From Mobula hypostoma (taxonomy: Eukaryota), in contig NC_086109.1 of the NCBI RefSeq assembly GCF_963921235.1, positions 14,696,001 to 14,760,000 on the forward strand: a DNA stretch of 64,000 nt. The letters are read 5' to 3'. Both the position numbers and the translations under genes were made by a program. This document shows positions 23,332 through 36,159 of this stretch, piece after piece. Positions within the stretch are counted from its first letter, which is position 1; each line of letters begins with the position of its first letter. The notes beneath the pieces were generated by a model. It saw only the letters and a program-made list of their open reading frames with translations. It did no database searches and was not told where the DNA came from.

Positions 23332-25385
23332 AGGACAGTCCATGATAAGCAGTCTGATGTGGGGGAGAGAGAGATCAGAGAGAGACTGGGGGGGTTGGGG
23401 AAGAGAAAAGGAGGAGAGGAAGAGAGGGAAAGAGGGATGAGAGGGAGAGGAGAGGGGAAGCTAGAGGGGGAAGGGGAAGGGGGAGGGGGAAGGGGGGGAG
23501 GGGGAGGGGGAGGGGGAGGGGGAGGGGGGAAGGGGGAGGGGGGGGAGGGGGAGGGGGGAAGGGGGAAGGGGGAGGGGGAGGGGGAGGGGAGGGGGAGGGG
23601 GAGGGGGGAAGGGGGAGGGGGGAAGGGGAGGGGGGAAGGGGAGGGGGGAAGGGGAGGGGGGAAGGGGGGAGGGGAGGGGGAAGGGGAGGGGGGAAGGGGG
23701 GGGGAGGGGGAAGGGGAGGGGGGAAGGGGGGAGGGGAGGGGGAAGAGGGGAAGAGGGGAAGAGGGGAAGAGGGGAAGAGGGGGACAATCTCATGATAAGC
23801 AGTCCGACATGTGCAGAGGAGAGAAATCAAAGAGAGACTGGGCGGGTCGGGGAAGAGAAAAGGAGAGGAAGAGGGGGAAAGAGGGGATGAGGGGGAAAGA
23901 GGGAATGAGGGGGAAAGAGGGAATGAGGGGGAAAGAGGGAATGGGGAAAGAGGGAATGGGGAAAGAGGGAATGGGGAAAGAGGGGATGGGGGAAAGAGGG
24001 GATGGGGAAAGAGGGGATGGGGAAAGAGGGGATGGGGAAGAAGAGGAGAGGGATGAGGGGGAGAGGAGGAGAGGGATGAGGGGGAGAGGAGGAGAGGGAT
24101 GAGGGGGAGAGGAGAAGAGGGATGAGGGGGAGAGGAGGAGAGGGATGAGGGGAAGAGGAGGAGAGGGATGAGGGGAAGAGGAGGAGAGGGATGAGGGGAA
24201 GAGGAGGAGAGGGATGAGGGGGAGAGGAGGAGAGGGATGGGGGAGAGGAGGAGAGGGATGAGGGGAGAGGAGGAGAGGGATGGGGGAGAGGAGGAGAGGG
24301 ATGATGGGGAAAGGAGGAGAGGGATGATGGGGAAAGGAGGAGAGGGATGATGGGGAGGAGGAGGGAGGAGGGGGGAAGGGGCCCCCTTGGGTTGCCAACT
24401 TTCTCACTCCCAAGTAGGGAACAAAGGTAGCAGTCAAATACGGGACACTTGTGTTTACCCCAAGAAAGACTACCATGACCATGAAGCCTTGCCCTTCAAG
24501 GGGGAAGGGAGGAAGGTGAGGACAGTCTCATAATAAGCAGTCTGACATGTGGGGAGGAGAGAGATCAGACTGGGGGGGGGTCAGGGAAGAGAAAAGGAGG
24601 AAAGGAAGGGGGAAAGAGGGGATGAGGGGGAGAGGGGAGGGAGAGGGGAGAGAGAGGGGGAGGAGAGGGGGAGAGAGAGGGGGAGAGAGAGGGGGAGAGA
24701 GAGGGGGAGAGAGAGGGGGAGAGAGAGAGAGGGGGAGAGAGAGGGGGAGAGAGGGGGGAGAGAGGGGGGAGAGAGGGGGAGAGAGGGGGGAGAGGGGGGA
24801 GAGAGGGGGAGAGAGGGGGAGAGGGGAGAGGGGGAAAGGGGGAGAGGGGGAGAGGGGGAGAGGGGGAGAGGGGGAGAGGGGGAGAGGAGGAGAGGAGGAG
24901 AGGAGGAGAGGAGGAGAGGAGGAGGTGTAGGGGGAAGAGGGGAGGAGAGGGGGAGGAGAGGAGGGGGAGGAGGGGAGAGGGGGAGAGGGGGAGAGGGGGA
25001 GAGGGGGAGAGGGGGAGAGGGGGAGAGGGGGAGAGGGGGAGAGGGGGAGAGGGGGAGAGGGGGAGAGGGGGAGAGGGGGAGAGGGGAGAAGGAAGGGATG
25101 AAGTGGGGAAGGGGACAGCAAGGGGGAGGGGGAAGGGGGAAGAGAGGGTATAGGCAAAAGGGGAGAAGAAGGAAAGAGGTGGCGGCAAGGGGCAGAAGGG
25201 GAGAGGTGGGAAGAAGTGGGGAGAGAGAGAATGTGGGGAGAGAGGGACAGGAGAGAGGGGAAGGGAGAGACGGGGTGAGAGGGAGATGGAGAGGGAGAGG
25301 GACAGACAGACTGGAGAGAGTAGGGGAGAAAAGGGAAGGAGTGGAGAGAGAGGAGAGGGGGAGAGGGGAAGAGAAAGAAAAATGG
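23332..25385 (+). repeat. About 2 kb G/A-only low-complexity array built on three copies of a unique anchor
   Basis: Anchor GGACA(G/A)TC(T)CAT(G/A)ATAAGCAGTC(T/C)GA(C/T)ATGTG at about 23332, 23782 and 24520, each followed by different G-rich microsatellites. Confidence 0.9.
24387..24492. mobile_element. One end of a hAT-Blackjack-like element
   Basis: GGGTTGCCAACT terminus and AAATACGGGAC subterminal motif; second end not seen. Confidence 0.5.
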
Positions 25386-25446
25386 AAGACTGTATCACAC
25401 GGAAGGGTTAGATTGATCTTACAGTAGATCAAACGGTTGGCACAAC

Positions 25447-26028
25447 AACTTCTACAGAGGTTGTATTGAGAGCATCCTGAGCAGCTGCATCACTGCCTAA
25501 TTCAGAAATTGCACCATCTCGGATCGCAAGACCCTGCAGCGGATAGTGAGGTTAGCTGAGATCATCAGGGTCTCTCTTCCCACCATTACAGACATTTACA
25601 CCACACGCTGCATCGTAAAGCAAACAGCATTATGAAGGACCCTATGCACCCCTCATACAAACTCTTCTCCCTCCTGCCATCTGGCAAAAGTTTTCGGGCT
25701 CTCACGACCAGACTATGTAACAGTTTCTTCCCCCAAGCCATCAGACTCCTCAATACCCAGAGCCTGGACTGACACCAACCTACTGCCCTCTACTGTGCCT
25801 ATTGTCTTGTTTATTATTTATTGTAATGCCTGCACTGTTTTGTGCACTTCATGCAGTCCTGGGTAGGTCTGTAGTCTAGTGTAGTTTTGTGTTGTTTTAC
25901 ATAGTTCAGTGTAGTTTTTGTATTGTTTATGTAGCACCACGGTCCTGAAAAAACATCTCATTTTTACCGTGTACTGTACCAGCAGTTACGGTCGAAATGA
26001 CAATAAAAAGTGACCTGACTTGACTTGA
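25447..26028 (+). mobile_element. Rex1/Babar 3' fragment inserted in a CR1 tail
   Basis: [36 protein letters not shown]; (GACTT)n tail. Confidence 0.88.
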
Positions 26029-26854
26029 TCTGAAGGGCCTGTTTTGCATAGCACTCTGCTCTATATTAAGCCTTCTGTTATATCTACCCATCATTTTAAT
26101 GCCTCATATGAAAGAAATGCATCTTCAATAGTACTGCACTCCTTCAGCACTGCACTGGAGCGCCAGGCTGGATTACTGAGGTTCAGGAAACAAGGGCTGC
26201 TCTCAGCAGAGTCACAACGAAGACAGGTAAAGTACATTACTTGAATACGCATTAACATGGACAAACAGGTTAAAGAGTCAGGTGCCGCACGGCATTGCGA
26301 TACAAGGGTCTCTATGGCTCGAGGGGCAAAGAGAAGTGGGCAACAAAACACCAACTTGCCCAGTGTGCTCAATTTCCCAGAACATATTTGCAAAGGAATT
26401 ATTGTGTCCTCTGCTGGGAATTCAGATCTTGTCCCGAGACCCAATTCTCTGCAGCCAGCAGTGGGAACATGCCAACCCTGCTTGAACTTGCTCAGCATTG
26501 TGAGAAGTTTGGCAAGGCCTGCTTTTCCACTTTACCCAGACGTACTTACTGAATTTAAAAAGGCCTGTGCGGCAGCGAAAGGACATAGAGAGACCTGCTC
26601 TGTTTGGATTTCAGAGATCAACAGAAATTCCGACAGAGAATGCGAAGGAGTGGAAGTTTCAGTGGAAGGACAAGGAAGACGGCCAGTAAAGCTCCCTTCC
26701 ACCTGCTGCTCTGAGGAACACCAACCATGGGTGCTTCAACTGCACCAACATGAGTCAGTGGCAAGAGCCCCGGGTCTCATTCCAGAGATCTGAGCATAAA
26801 CACGAGGCTGGCATTTGAGCAGATGTACCCCATTGCTGGAGGAGCCTGCTTTCA

Positions 26855-27245
26855 GATTAGAACCAGGTTTATTATCACTGAGGAATGTCTTGAGATGTGT
26901 TGTCTTGTGGCAACAGTACAGTGCAAGACATAAAAACTACTCTGAGCTCCAAGCATAAGTATAGTGCAAAAAGGAAAAAAGGGAATAGTGAGGTATTGTT
27001 CATGGACAGTTTGGAGATCTGATGGCAGAGGAGAAGAAGATTCTCCCAAAACATTGAGTGTGGGTCTTCAGGCTCCTGTACCTTCTCCCCAATGGTGGTG
27101 AGAATAAGAGGGCATGACCTAGATGGTGAGGGTCATTAATGATGGGCATCACTTTCTTGAAGCATATCCTCTGATGTCCGCTGCTGTGGGTGTGTTGCGC
27201 CCATGATGGAATTGGGCTCAGTCTACAACTCTCATGCAACCCTGT
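26855..27245 (-). mobile_element. Rex1/Babar 3' fragment
   Basis: IINDPHHLGHALL..GRRYRSLKTH on the reverse strand. Confidence 0.8.
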
Positions 27246-28082
27246 ACAGCGGGTTAAGATTAATCTGGCCCCTTCTTTTCCAGTCCAAAGGCTCCCAGCC
27301 CGAAGTATCAACTGTTTGTTCCTCTGTACAGATGCTGCCTGACCTGCTGAGTTGCTCCAGCATTTTGTCTGCAGTGCTTCGGATTTTCCATCATCAGCAG
27401 AATCTCTTGTGTGCGTTCCAGAGCTCTCAGTTTCTAGCCTTGACTACTTTGAAACCACATCTCTGCAGCAACAAACTATCGGCCAAAAGAAATCAGCAGA
27501 TCAAGCAGTATCTGTGGCGAGGTGGGCGTAGGGGGAGGAATTGTCAATATCAGGACACAGATCTCTGTACAGACAAGACTCATTTATCTCCAGCAACTCT
27601 GATCACAGATTTTATACATGTTCACATAAAGGTTCAAAAACTTAAGATTGAAGATTGTCATTCTTCAGTACATGAAAGTAAAAGAGAATGAAATGATTGT
27701 TACTCTGGATCCAATGCTGCACAAAGAACAGAATAAGCATAAAAAGCACAGTAACTATAAACAGCAGCAGCAGAAGGCCACGAAAATTAGGTACTTTATT
27801 AGGTACAGGAGGTGCCAGATAAAGTGGCCTCTGAGTGTATAGTCCAGCACTGGTCAATGTGTGGCCGCCTCTCTGCACACCGCCAACTGCAATGCCCACC
27901 TCTAACGCCTGCAACATAAGATTCAGACAGGGATCAAAATGGAAATGGAAATAACCAACAGGTCTGGCAGCGTATGCTGACAGAGAAGTAGAATTAATTT
28001 GTCAGGCCAATGACTTTTCATCGGGGTTCATCTACAACAGGGGCTCCCAACCTGCGATCCGCTGACCCTCCGGTTAATAGGA

Positions 28083-28402
28083 TGGCACAGTAGCACAGCA
28101 GCACAGCGGTTAGCATAATGCTATTACTGCGCAAGTGATCGCCGATCCAGGTTCAATTCCCACCACTACCTGCAAGGAGTTCGTACGTTCTCCCTATCTA
28201 TCACCATGTGGGTTTCCTCTCACATCCAAAGACATACGGGTTTGGGTTAGTGAGCTGTGGGCTTGCTATACTGGAGCCAGAAGAGTGACAACACTTGGGG
28301 GTTGCCCCCAGCACGGTCCACGCTGATTTGATTTGACACAATCCATGCATTTCACTGTATGTTTCAATGTACATGTGACAAATAAAGTTAATCTTCATCT
28401 TT
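28083..28402 (+). mobile_element. tRNA-derived SINE with Rex1-like tail
   Basis: B box GGTTCAATTCC; TTTCCTCTCACATCCAAAGAC; tail GTGACAAATAAAG. Confidence 0.8.
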
Positions 28403-28477
28403 AAATCTTTAGCCAAGCCCAAAATTGACTCACTGCCTGCTGAGAGACCGATGCAATTAGCAAAACTATAAGACTGT

Positions 28478-29140
28478 ACAATCATAGGACATAGGAGTAG
28501 AAATAGGCCATTCTGCCCATTGAGTCTGCTCTGCCATACCATCATGGCTGATTTATTATCCTTCTTCTCAGTCCCATTCTCCTGCCTGTAATCTTTGACA
28601 CCCTTACTAATCAGGAATTACTAATCTCCACTTTAAATATACTCAATGTCTTGGCCTCCACAGCTGTCTGTGGCAATGAATTCCCCAGATTCATCACTTA
28701 CTGGCTAAAAAAAAATTCCTTCTTCTCTCTGTTCTAATGGGGCGTCACTCTATTCTGAGGCTGTGCCGTCTTGTCCTCGACTCTCCCACAAATAGAACTA
28801 GGAAACATAACCTCAAGATTCAGGGGAGTAGATTTAGGAGAGCTGAGAAGGAACTGCTTTTCCCAGAGAGTGCTGGATCTGTGAAATTCTCTGCCCAATG
28901 AAGCAGTGGAGGCTGCCTTAATAAATACATTTAAGACAAGGTTGGATAGATTTTTGCATGATAGGGGAATTAAGGGTTATGGGGGAAAAGCAGGTGGGTG
29001 GAGATGAGTCCATGGCCAGATCAGCCATGATATTATTGAATGGCTCGATGGGCCAGATTGCCTACTCCTGCTCCTATTTCTTATGTTCTTATGATAGGAA
29101 CCATCTTCTCCATATCCACTCCATCTAGGCCTTTCAACGA
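28478..29140. mobile_element. Minus-strand CR1 3' end with a plus-strand CR1 3' end (about 28799-29093) inserted
   Basis: Host is continuous across CTCTCCCACAAATAG|...|ATAGGAACCATCTTCTCCATATCCACTC. Confidence 0.8.
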
Positions 29141-29905
29141 GAACTCCTCATTCTTTTACTGGGGGTTATCCTTGAGAAAATCCACCTTCACAAACCAGGA
29201 GATTAAAATCCCCCCCCCCCCACACCACTTTACACAAAGGCTACATGCGGTGTGCACTCATGCATTACATCTTGCTTCATGCCCTTAGCTACAGGGATCA
29301 GATAAAGTGCTGGATGCTCAGCACTGCATCAATGCCCATCGACACTTTTCACAATGAGGAAACAGAAGCTATGTAATTAGACTTCCTGCTGCTCCATGAG
29401 CTTCCCTGCAGTGACTTGGCTATCCGAGTAACCTTTAGCTGACAAATAACAACCTGACGACAGGCGCCCCAGTGACAGCACGAGCAGAACAACTAAGCTC
29501 ACAAAGTGTACTGCGTCCGGGTGCACTGGAACACCCGGGTACGTATTGCACCTAAACCAGCACCAGGGAATAGACTCTGACATGGCATTGAATTGGATCG
29601 CCTTTGTTCCAGTTCCCTTGTATGCGTCCAGGGCAAAAAGGCCAACGGGAAAAATCATAAGGACACTATCAACCCTGCAAACCTTTCTGAAAGCTCCCTC
29701 CTGGAATGTGTTATAGCGCTATTAAAATAAAAACTTCACACCATCATTAAACTTTCTTCCCCAGGCAATTAAACTAATCAACCACTCTAGTTAGCCTCCC
29801 CACCCAGTCACTGCACTGTAGACACATAAAACCACTTTTTATAATGCTGCTTACATTGTAAAATACATGCTGGTATTTATTTATGCGTGCTCATTTTATT
29901 CCACT

Positions 29906-30100
29906 AGCCGGCTGGTGGTGTAATGGCATCCGCACCAGACTTTGAGGTGAGTGGTCCTGGGTTTGAATCCAGCCGGCTCCTTGCATGCTTTCCATCTGTG
30001 CAGGGTTGAGTGTCCAGCTAGCAACTCAGCCTCATAAAAAAAAACTAATGGCAGAAACAGCAAAGTTACCACTTGGTGTGCCACAAGGTATAGAGAGAAA
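29906..30100 (+). mobile_element. Distinct tRNA-derived SINE family (second copy 50770-50977, minus)
   Basis: A box TGGTGTAATGG, B box GGTTTGAATCC; body GCTAGCAACTC(A/G)GCCTC(A/G)TAAAAA shared by both copies. Confidence 0.75.
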
Positions 30101-30257
30101 CAGAAAAAATTCCATATCTGTCCTTTAACCTCTAATTTTTTTTAGCTGTTTTGTTTATATATCATTCTTTATTTTTATGTAATTTTTTATAATTGTTGAT
30201 GTAATCTTTTCATTGCATGTTGCTGCCTGACCAACACTCCACAGCAAATTCCTCATG

Positions 30258-31683
30258 CAGGTTGACCCGTCGATTTTCTAGAACTGATGGTTCAGCACCT
30301 CTTTTAACTCAGATGAGATTACGAGACGTAGTTTACTGGGCAGCCACCAGATGGCACTGTGTGTAGCGCAGGCAGCACCATCAGTGGCGAGACTCTATTG
30401 TGATAAAGCACGCTATTTTTATTGTTTGCATTGCAATTGTAGGTGGTAGTCCCAATATTTTGTGCTTATTTTACGTAAAGTTAACCCTAGCTATGGCTTC
30501 TAAGGTAAGTGCAAGTACCATTGGTGGTGTTAAACGTAAAAACCAGTCTATATCAAGTTTGAAAAATTGAAAAAAACTGGACCAAGATGTTTCTGTGTGT
30601 AAGCTGTATGACTGACATGGTGTTGACTCATCAACTGTGTATGATATAAAGCACCAAAGGAAAACAAAACTTTTTAATTCTATGCAACCAGTGATTTACT
30701 GAAGTAAATGAGCATTAGAAAAACTATGAGCATTAGTAGGAGCACTAGCCATGATCGAGTGATGATTAACACAAACAACAGGAATTCTGCAGATGCTGGA
30801 AATTCAAGCAACACACATAAAAGTTGCTGGTGAACGCAGCAGGCCAGGCAGCATCTCTAGGAAGGGGTGCAGTTGACGTTTCAGGCTGAGACCCTTCGTC
30901 AGGACTAGACGAAGGGTCTCGTCCTGAACGTCGACTGCACCTCTTCCTACAGATGCTGCCTGGCCTGCTGCGTTCACCAGCAACTTATATGTGTGTTGCT
31001 CGAGTGATGATTGAATGGTTTTGCCAGTGTCGGAATGATGGAGTCTTTGTCCGGCAGTATGCTAATGAACCAGGCTAAATTGTTCTATAAAGAGCTTAAA
31101 TTACAACATGCGCGCGACTGAAGCGAAGGATGGCTTCAAAGGTTCAAGAATCGCTATGGAATTTCCACGCACAAAGTGTGCAGAGAAAAACGGTCTGCCA
31201 CTGAGTACGCGGACAGATTTGCGAAGCTCCTCACGGACTCGGAAATGATAGTGTTCTGAACGCTGATAAAAACACTGCAAGCAATGAAGATGGCAATGAC
31301 AATGACGAAACTGAACGATTTACTATTGACAAGTTACTTGAGTTATTGGGTGAGTTAATCAAACGGTTAGAGAAACGTACCTTTGTGACAGGACAAGAGC
31401 TAATGAATTTCTATTTGATGCACGAAGAATTACACAGGGAGAGATCAAACACATGAAACATCTTCGCCTGGATGAAATGTTTAAAAAGATAACCAAGAAG
31501 CAACATTCTTTATAAGCACAGGATTTAATAAATTTACATTTAATTTTTGTATAATTAGTACTCTTTTTAAGCTTTTACAGTCCATTTTTGCATTATTAAT
31601 GTGTGACTTCTTTTAATCCGGCAAAAACGTTAATCTGGCAAGGCTAAGGAGCCGAGGGTGCTGGAAAACTAGTGATGAATCTG
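30258..31683 (+). mobile_element. Internally deleted pogo/Tigger DNA transposon
   Basis: ATG 30493 MASKVSASTIGGVKRK..GVDSSTVYDIK (CENP-B/psq HTH) and EGWLQRFKNRYGI; DDE domain absent; imperfect CAG...CTG|TA ends. Confidence 0.8.
30768..30999. mobile_element. 232-bp fold-back Penelope-like terminus insertion
   Basis: Two ~93-bp inverted arms (30808-30900 / 30908-31000) around a 7-nt loop; TSD TCGAGTGATGATT (30755-30767 / 31000-31012). Confidence 0.92.
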
Positions 31684-32899
31684 TACATTTAAATATATAT
31701 TGGGAATAAGTTGATCCCTGACCAATTATTATCATTTCCCAAAGGACATGAGTGGTTTTATAACAAATCTTTACAATATCCAACAAATACAATTACTTGT
31801 GGCAGCATTTACTTTTACTAGTAAATAACTAGATTTAAAATTTCCTATAGAACAGGCCTCAGTAATATACTGTAACCAGGTTACTACCATTCTCCGAACA
31901 CAGTACAGGTACTCTAGATGCATTAGACCAAGAGTCTAAACAACTGAAGGATTTCAGGATTAATTCCAATCCTTTTGAATAAAGGCCAAGATTTTAGTAG
32001 GTCCTTTAATTAATTTTTGTATCCTTATCATGAATCATTTCAGCTCATCTTTCTTAGCTCCAAAGTGACTGACCTCACATCAAATTCTATTATTAAAGAG
32101 AAAAATAGAATTGATGAGGGTATAGTCTTACTGCTGAAAAGGGAACATTGACAGTGGCTGTACTTTAGTGGGAGGAGTAAGGAGAAGTCCAAAGTAAATT
32201 TATTATCGAAGTACATGCTTTACGTGTCACCATATATACAGGAAGGTAGGTGGGGGAACAGGGGGGATGAGTGAGAAACTGGGAAGTGATAGGTGAAAAA
32301 AGTAAAAGGCTGAAGATGGAATCTGATTGGAGGGGTAAAAAGAAAAAAAGAAGCAGGTCACAGGGAGAAGACAAGGAAGCAGAATTAGCTGAAATAGCCT
32401 TGCAGAGTCAGCATCAACATGGTGGGCTGAAAGGCCACCTTCCACACCACAGAAGCGACCTGACCATCAAAGGCTACTCTCGCACTTTTTATCATGTAGC
32501 CGGCCTTGATCGAGCATTCCTTCATGACCTCCAATCAAAGGTTCTGAGATACCAGTGCAACTCATTACTCACCACCCCAGATGACTAACACGTTATCTAT
32601 AGCTGGGAATGTCCTGTTCCCTCAGTGACTTGCTACATGCGGAATAGGCTGGCACTGACAGTTCTGTCACACGTACCAACCACATGACACTGATCATTTC
32701 TCTACTTCAACTCTGTTCAGATTGGAACAGCTTCTGGCCCGTCGTCATGACCCAAAGGAACCTGTGCATTGGAGGCAGTGATAGAACCGGTCAGAATCCT
32801 CTCCACCGTACATCTACAGAAACCTGCAAGAGTGTTTGGTGACAAACTAATTCTCTGAAAACTCTTCATGATTGCATTAATGTGTTGGGTCTAGGAGAA

Positions 32900-33140
32900 T
32901 GATTTATTTTTATGTAGAAATACAGCTCGGTAACAGGTCCTTCCAGCCCATGAGCCCACATTACCCACGTAACAATTATCCTATTAAACCGTACATCTTT
33001 GGAATGTGGGAAGAAACCGGAGCACCCGGAAGAAACAGACACAGTCATGGAGAGAGCGTACAAGCTCCTTACAGAGAGTGGCGGAATTGAACCCGAGTTA
33101 CTGGTGCTGTAGTAACGTTATGCTAACAGCTACGCTACCG
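32900..33140 (-). mobile_element. HE1-like SINE
   Basis: Reverse strand CGGTAGCGTAGC..CGGGTTCAATTCC; CTTTGGAATGTGGGAAGAAACCGGAGCACCCGG block. Confidence 0.85.
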
Positions 33141-33564
33141 AAAGTAGGACCGCAGTGGGCTCAGCCAGCTCCATCGAGCGCACAACCCTCCCCGCCACTG
33201 GGAACAACTTCTACCAGCGGTGCCTTACGAAGGCGATATTAAGGATCTTCACCCTCCGAGACAAGCTGCCTTCTTGGTACCACTGTCAGAAAGGAGGCAT
33301 AGTATCAGAATCAGGTTTAATATCACCAGCATATGTCATGACATTTGTTAACTTAGTGGCACGGGTATAATGATAATATAGGAGATGGGACAGGGCGTGG
33401 AGCCGGGACTTTATTTTGGGGCTGGGGCTGGTTTTTTTTAACCTGAACATTTAAGAATACAGTAAAAGTTATTAAAACCTATTGAATATTTCAAGGCTTA
33501 GACAGATTGGACATGCAGAGGGTATTTCCTATCGTGGGGGAGTCTAGGACCAGAAGGCACAATC

Positions 33565-34470
33565 TCACAATCAGGTTTAATGTCACTGGCATATGTCGTG
33601 AAATTTGTTGACTTAGCAGCAACGGTACAATGCAATACATAATCCATATAGAAGAAAAAGTTAATAGCTAAAAGAAATAGTTAAATTTAAAATAATGCAA
33701 AAACCGGAGAAAAGTTAGATAGCGTTCATGGGTTCAATGTCCATTTAGAAATCAGATGGCAGAGGGAAAGAAGCCATTCCTGAATCATGAGTGTGTGCCT
33801 TCAGCCTTCTGTACCTCCTTCCTGACAGTAACAATGAGAAGAGGACATATTCTGGGTGATGAGAGTTCTTAATAATGTATGCCACCTTTCTGAGGAACTA
33901 CTACTTGAAGATGTTTTGGATACTACAAAGGTTATTACCCAAGATGGAGCTGACTAATTTTACAACTTTCTGTGGTGTCTTTTGGTCCTGTGTAGTAGCC
34001 CCCCTCCCCTACACCAGGCAGTGACGCAGCCTGTCAGAATGCATTCCACGGTACATCTGCAGAGGTTTTCAAGAGTTTTAGGTGACAAACCAAATCTCCT
34101 CAAACTCCTAATAAAGTATAGCCACTCTTTTGCCTTCTTTATAACTGCATCGATATGTTGGGACCAAGTTAGATCCTCCGAGATCTTGACACCCAGGAAC
34201 CTGGAATTGTTCACTTTCTCCACTTCTGATCCCTCCCTCTATGACGACTAGAGCCTGAAGGCCCACACACAACGGCTTAGGAGCAACCGCTTCCTCTCCA
34301 CCGTCAGGTTTCTGAACTGCCCATGAAGCTATGAACAGTACCTTGTTATTCTTTTTCTTTTGTGCTTTATTTATTTTGTAATTTATAGTAATTTTATGTC
34401 TCTGCACTTTTACTGCTGATGCAAAACGGCAGATTTGACACCATATAAGATTGTAATAATAAACCTGATT
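33565..34470. mobile_element. Back-to-back Rex1/Babar fragments (33565-34240 minus, 34245-34470 plus)
   Basis: RFLGVKISEDLTWSQHIDAVIKKAKEWLYFIRSLRRFG on the reverse strand; SLKAHTQRLRSNRF on the plus strand. Confidence 0.85.
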
Positions 34471-36159
34471 ATACACTTTGTCGAATCTCTGTTATTTTCA
34501 ATCCCCTGTTTTTTTTAAAAAGGAGTTCAAGAATGAGTGAGGAACTTTGATTTTCATGATTGTTTATTTTAAAGTTTAAACAAAGACAAAGTTCTGGGAA
34601 GCAAAGCAGTGATTCAATAAAAGAAAAAGAAGATGAAGAAGATAGCGCCTTTGAAAGATCTACCACTTTTATACTCAAGATAACAGAAATTCTTCAAATA
34701 GAAATAATCCAGTTAATAGTTATTAAAACAATTATAACAGGTGTATAATGCGCTAAAAATGAAAAAGATATTTGTAACTGCTATACCACCTACTGCCAGT
34801 AAGTGGGAATGAACCACCAAACTGTGAAAAATACATGAGTTTATTACGTCAGTAAAAAAAACTACGATTTTAAGTTTTGCATTAGTTCAACTATAAAGTA
34901 TAAAAAGTACAAAAGAAACATTGAAGGGTTAACAGGGACCCTGACCACCAGTGGTTGAAGGAGTGAAATTCAATTCCATTACCAACGGGGAGAAAGCTGT
35001 CAGGTCACACAAAAGGCACAATGCACTATGCACTGTGCTCCTCATCAGTGAGTAATAAAGAAACCCGGCCATCAGTGCTGGGTGCAAGTGGAAGGGGCTT
35101 AGATCATCAGTCAGCGTCTGGGAGCTCGGCGGCGCATTGTAATAGAAGGGAGACCGTGCCACAAGGGGAGATCGGCCTCCTGGTGTCGATTGCAGAGCGG
35201 GGCTGCGTCTACTATTCATGCAGCTGGTACCCTAATGCAATATTAACTGTTCCGGCAAAGGGAACACGACTGCACTGCAAACAGACACACGATTAAAAAG
35301 ACTATACATCAGAGCAGTGCTCCAGCGACATCGCATTAATATTAAACAGCCGTATATCAGCAGCGAGCATTACGCAGGCAGGGAACGGGCACTATTTGCT
35401 TCAGTCCTCTGCTTTCCTCTAACAGCCCCTGGTTTCAGCAGGCAGCATTTCTGCTGAGAGAATGGAGTAATGTAGCACAAAAAACAAGCCCTTCAGCCCG
35501 ACTGGTCCGTACTAACCAAGATTCCCATCCAAGCTAGTCCCATAGCGTTCTAACCCAAGTACCTGACCAACTGCTTTGTCGAGGGGAGGACAGAAGAATA
35601 GGGATGGAGGAAGGAAAAAGAGGCAAATAGAGGGAGAAGCAATAGGTGAGAGGAATTGACAGGAACGTATAACAGTATAGGCCCTTCAGCCCACGATTTT
35701 GTGCCTGCTCCAAGATCAATCTAATGCTTCCTTTTCACATAACCTTCCATTTTCCTATCACCCTTATGCCTATCCAAGTCTCTTAAATGTCCCTAATGTA
35801 TCTGCCTCCACTTACTGTGTAAAAAAAGAACTACATTAGACATCCCCCCCCCACCTCCAATCTCCTTAAAATTATGTCTCCCTCATATTATCCTTAAGAG
35901 TTCTCTGAGGACAATCGATGAAGAGTCTTGGCCCAAAACTCTTTATTCCTCCCCTTGGATGCTACTTGACTTGCTGAGTTTCTGCAGCATTTTGTGTGTG
36001 TTGTAATGGCAATGGTGAGACATAAGGAGGGAGTCATTGCCCCTTCCTGAGGGGCATGAGGAACATGAAAGGTGCTGTTACATCTTCAGTAACAGGAGTG
36101 GGCTAGGTAAGGGCCTATCCTCAATGATACCCTTGGCCATTCTACTCTCTCCAGAACAT

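Noticed and set aside
23182..25432. Long Gly/Glu/Arg-rich and Pro/Leu/Ser-rich ORFs on both strands
   Set aside because: By-products of G/A-only repeats that lack stop codons
26257..26793. 178-aa ORF with ATG start
   Set aside because: No recognisable domain or splice structure; flanked and partly overlapped by old SINE heads
30908..30936. Second functional hammerhead on the plus arm of the fold-back
   Set aside because: Lacks the CT of CTGACGA and stem I 5' strand, and has GAAC in place of GAAAC
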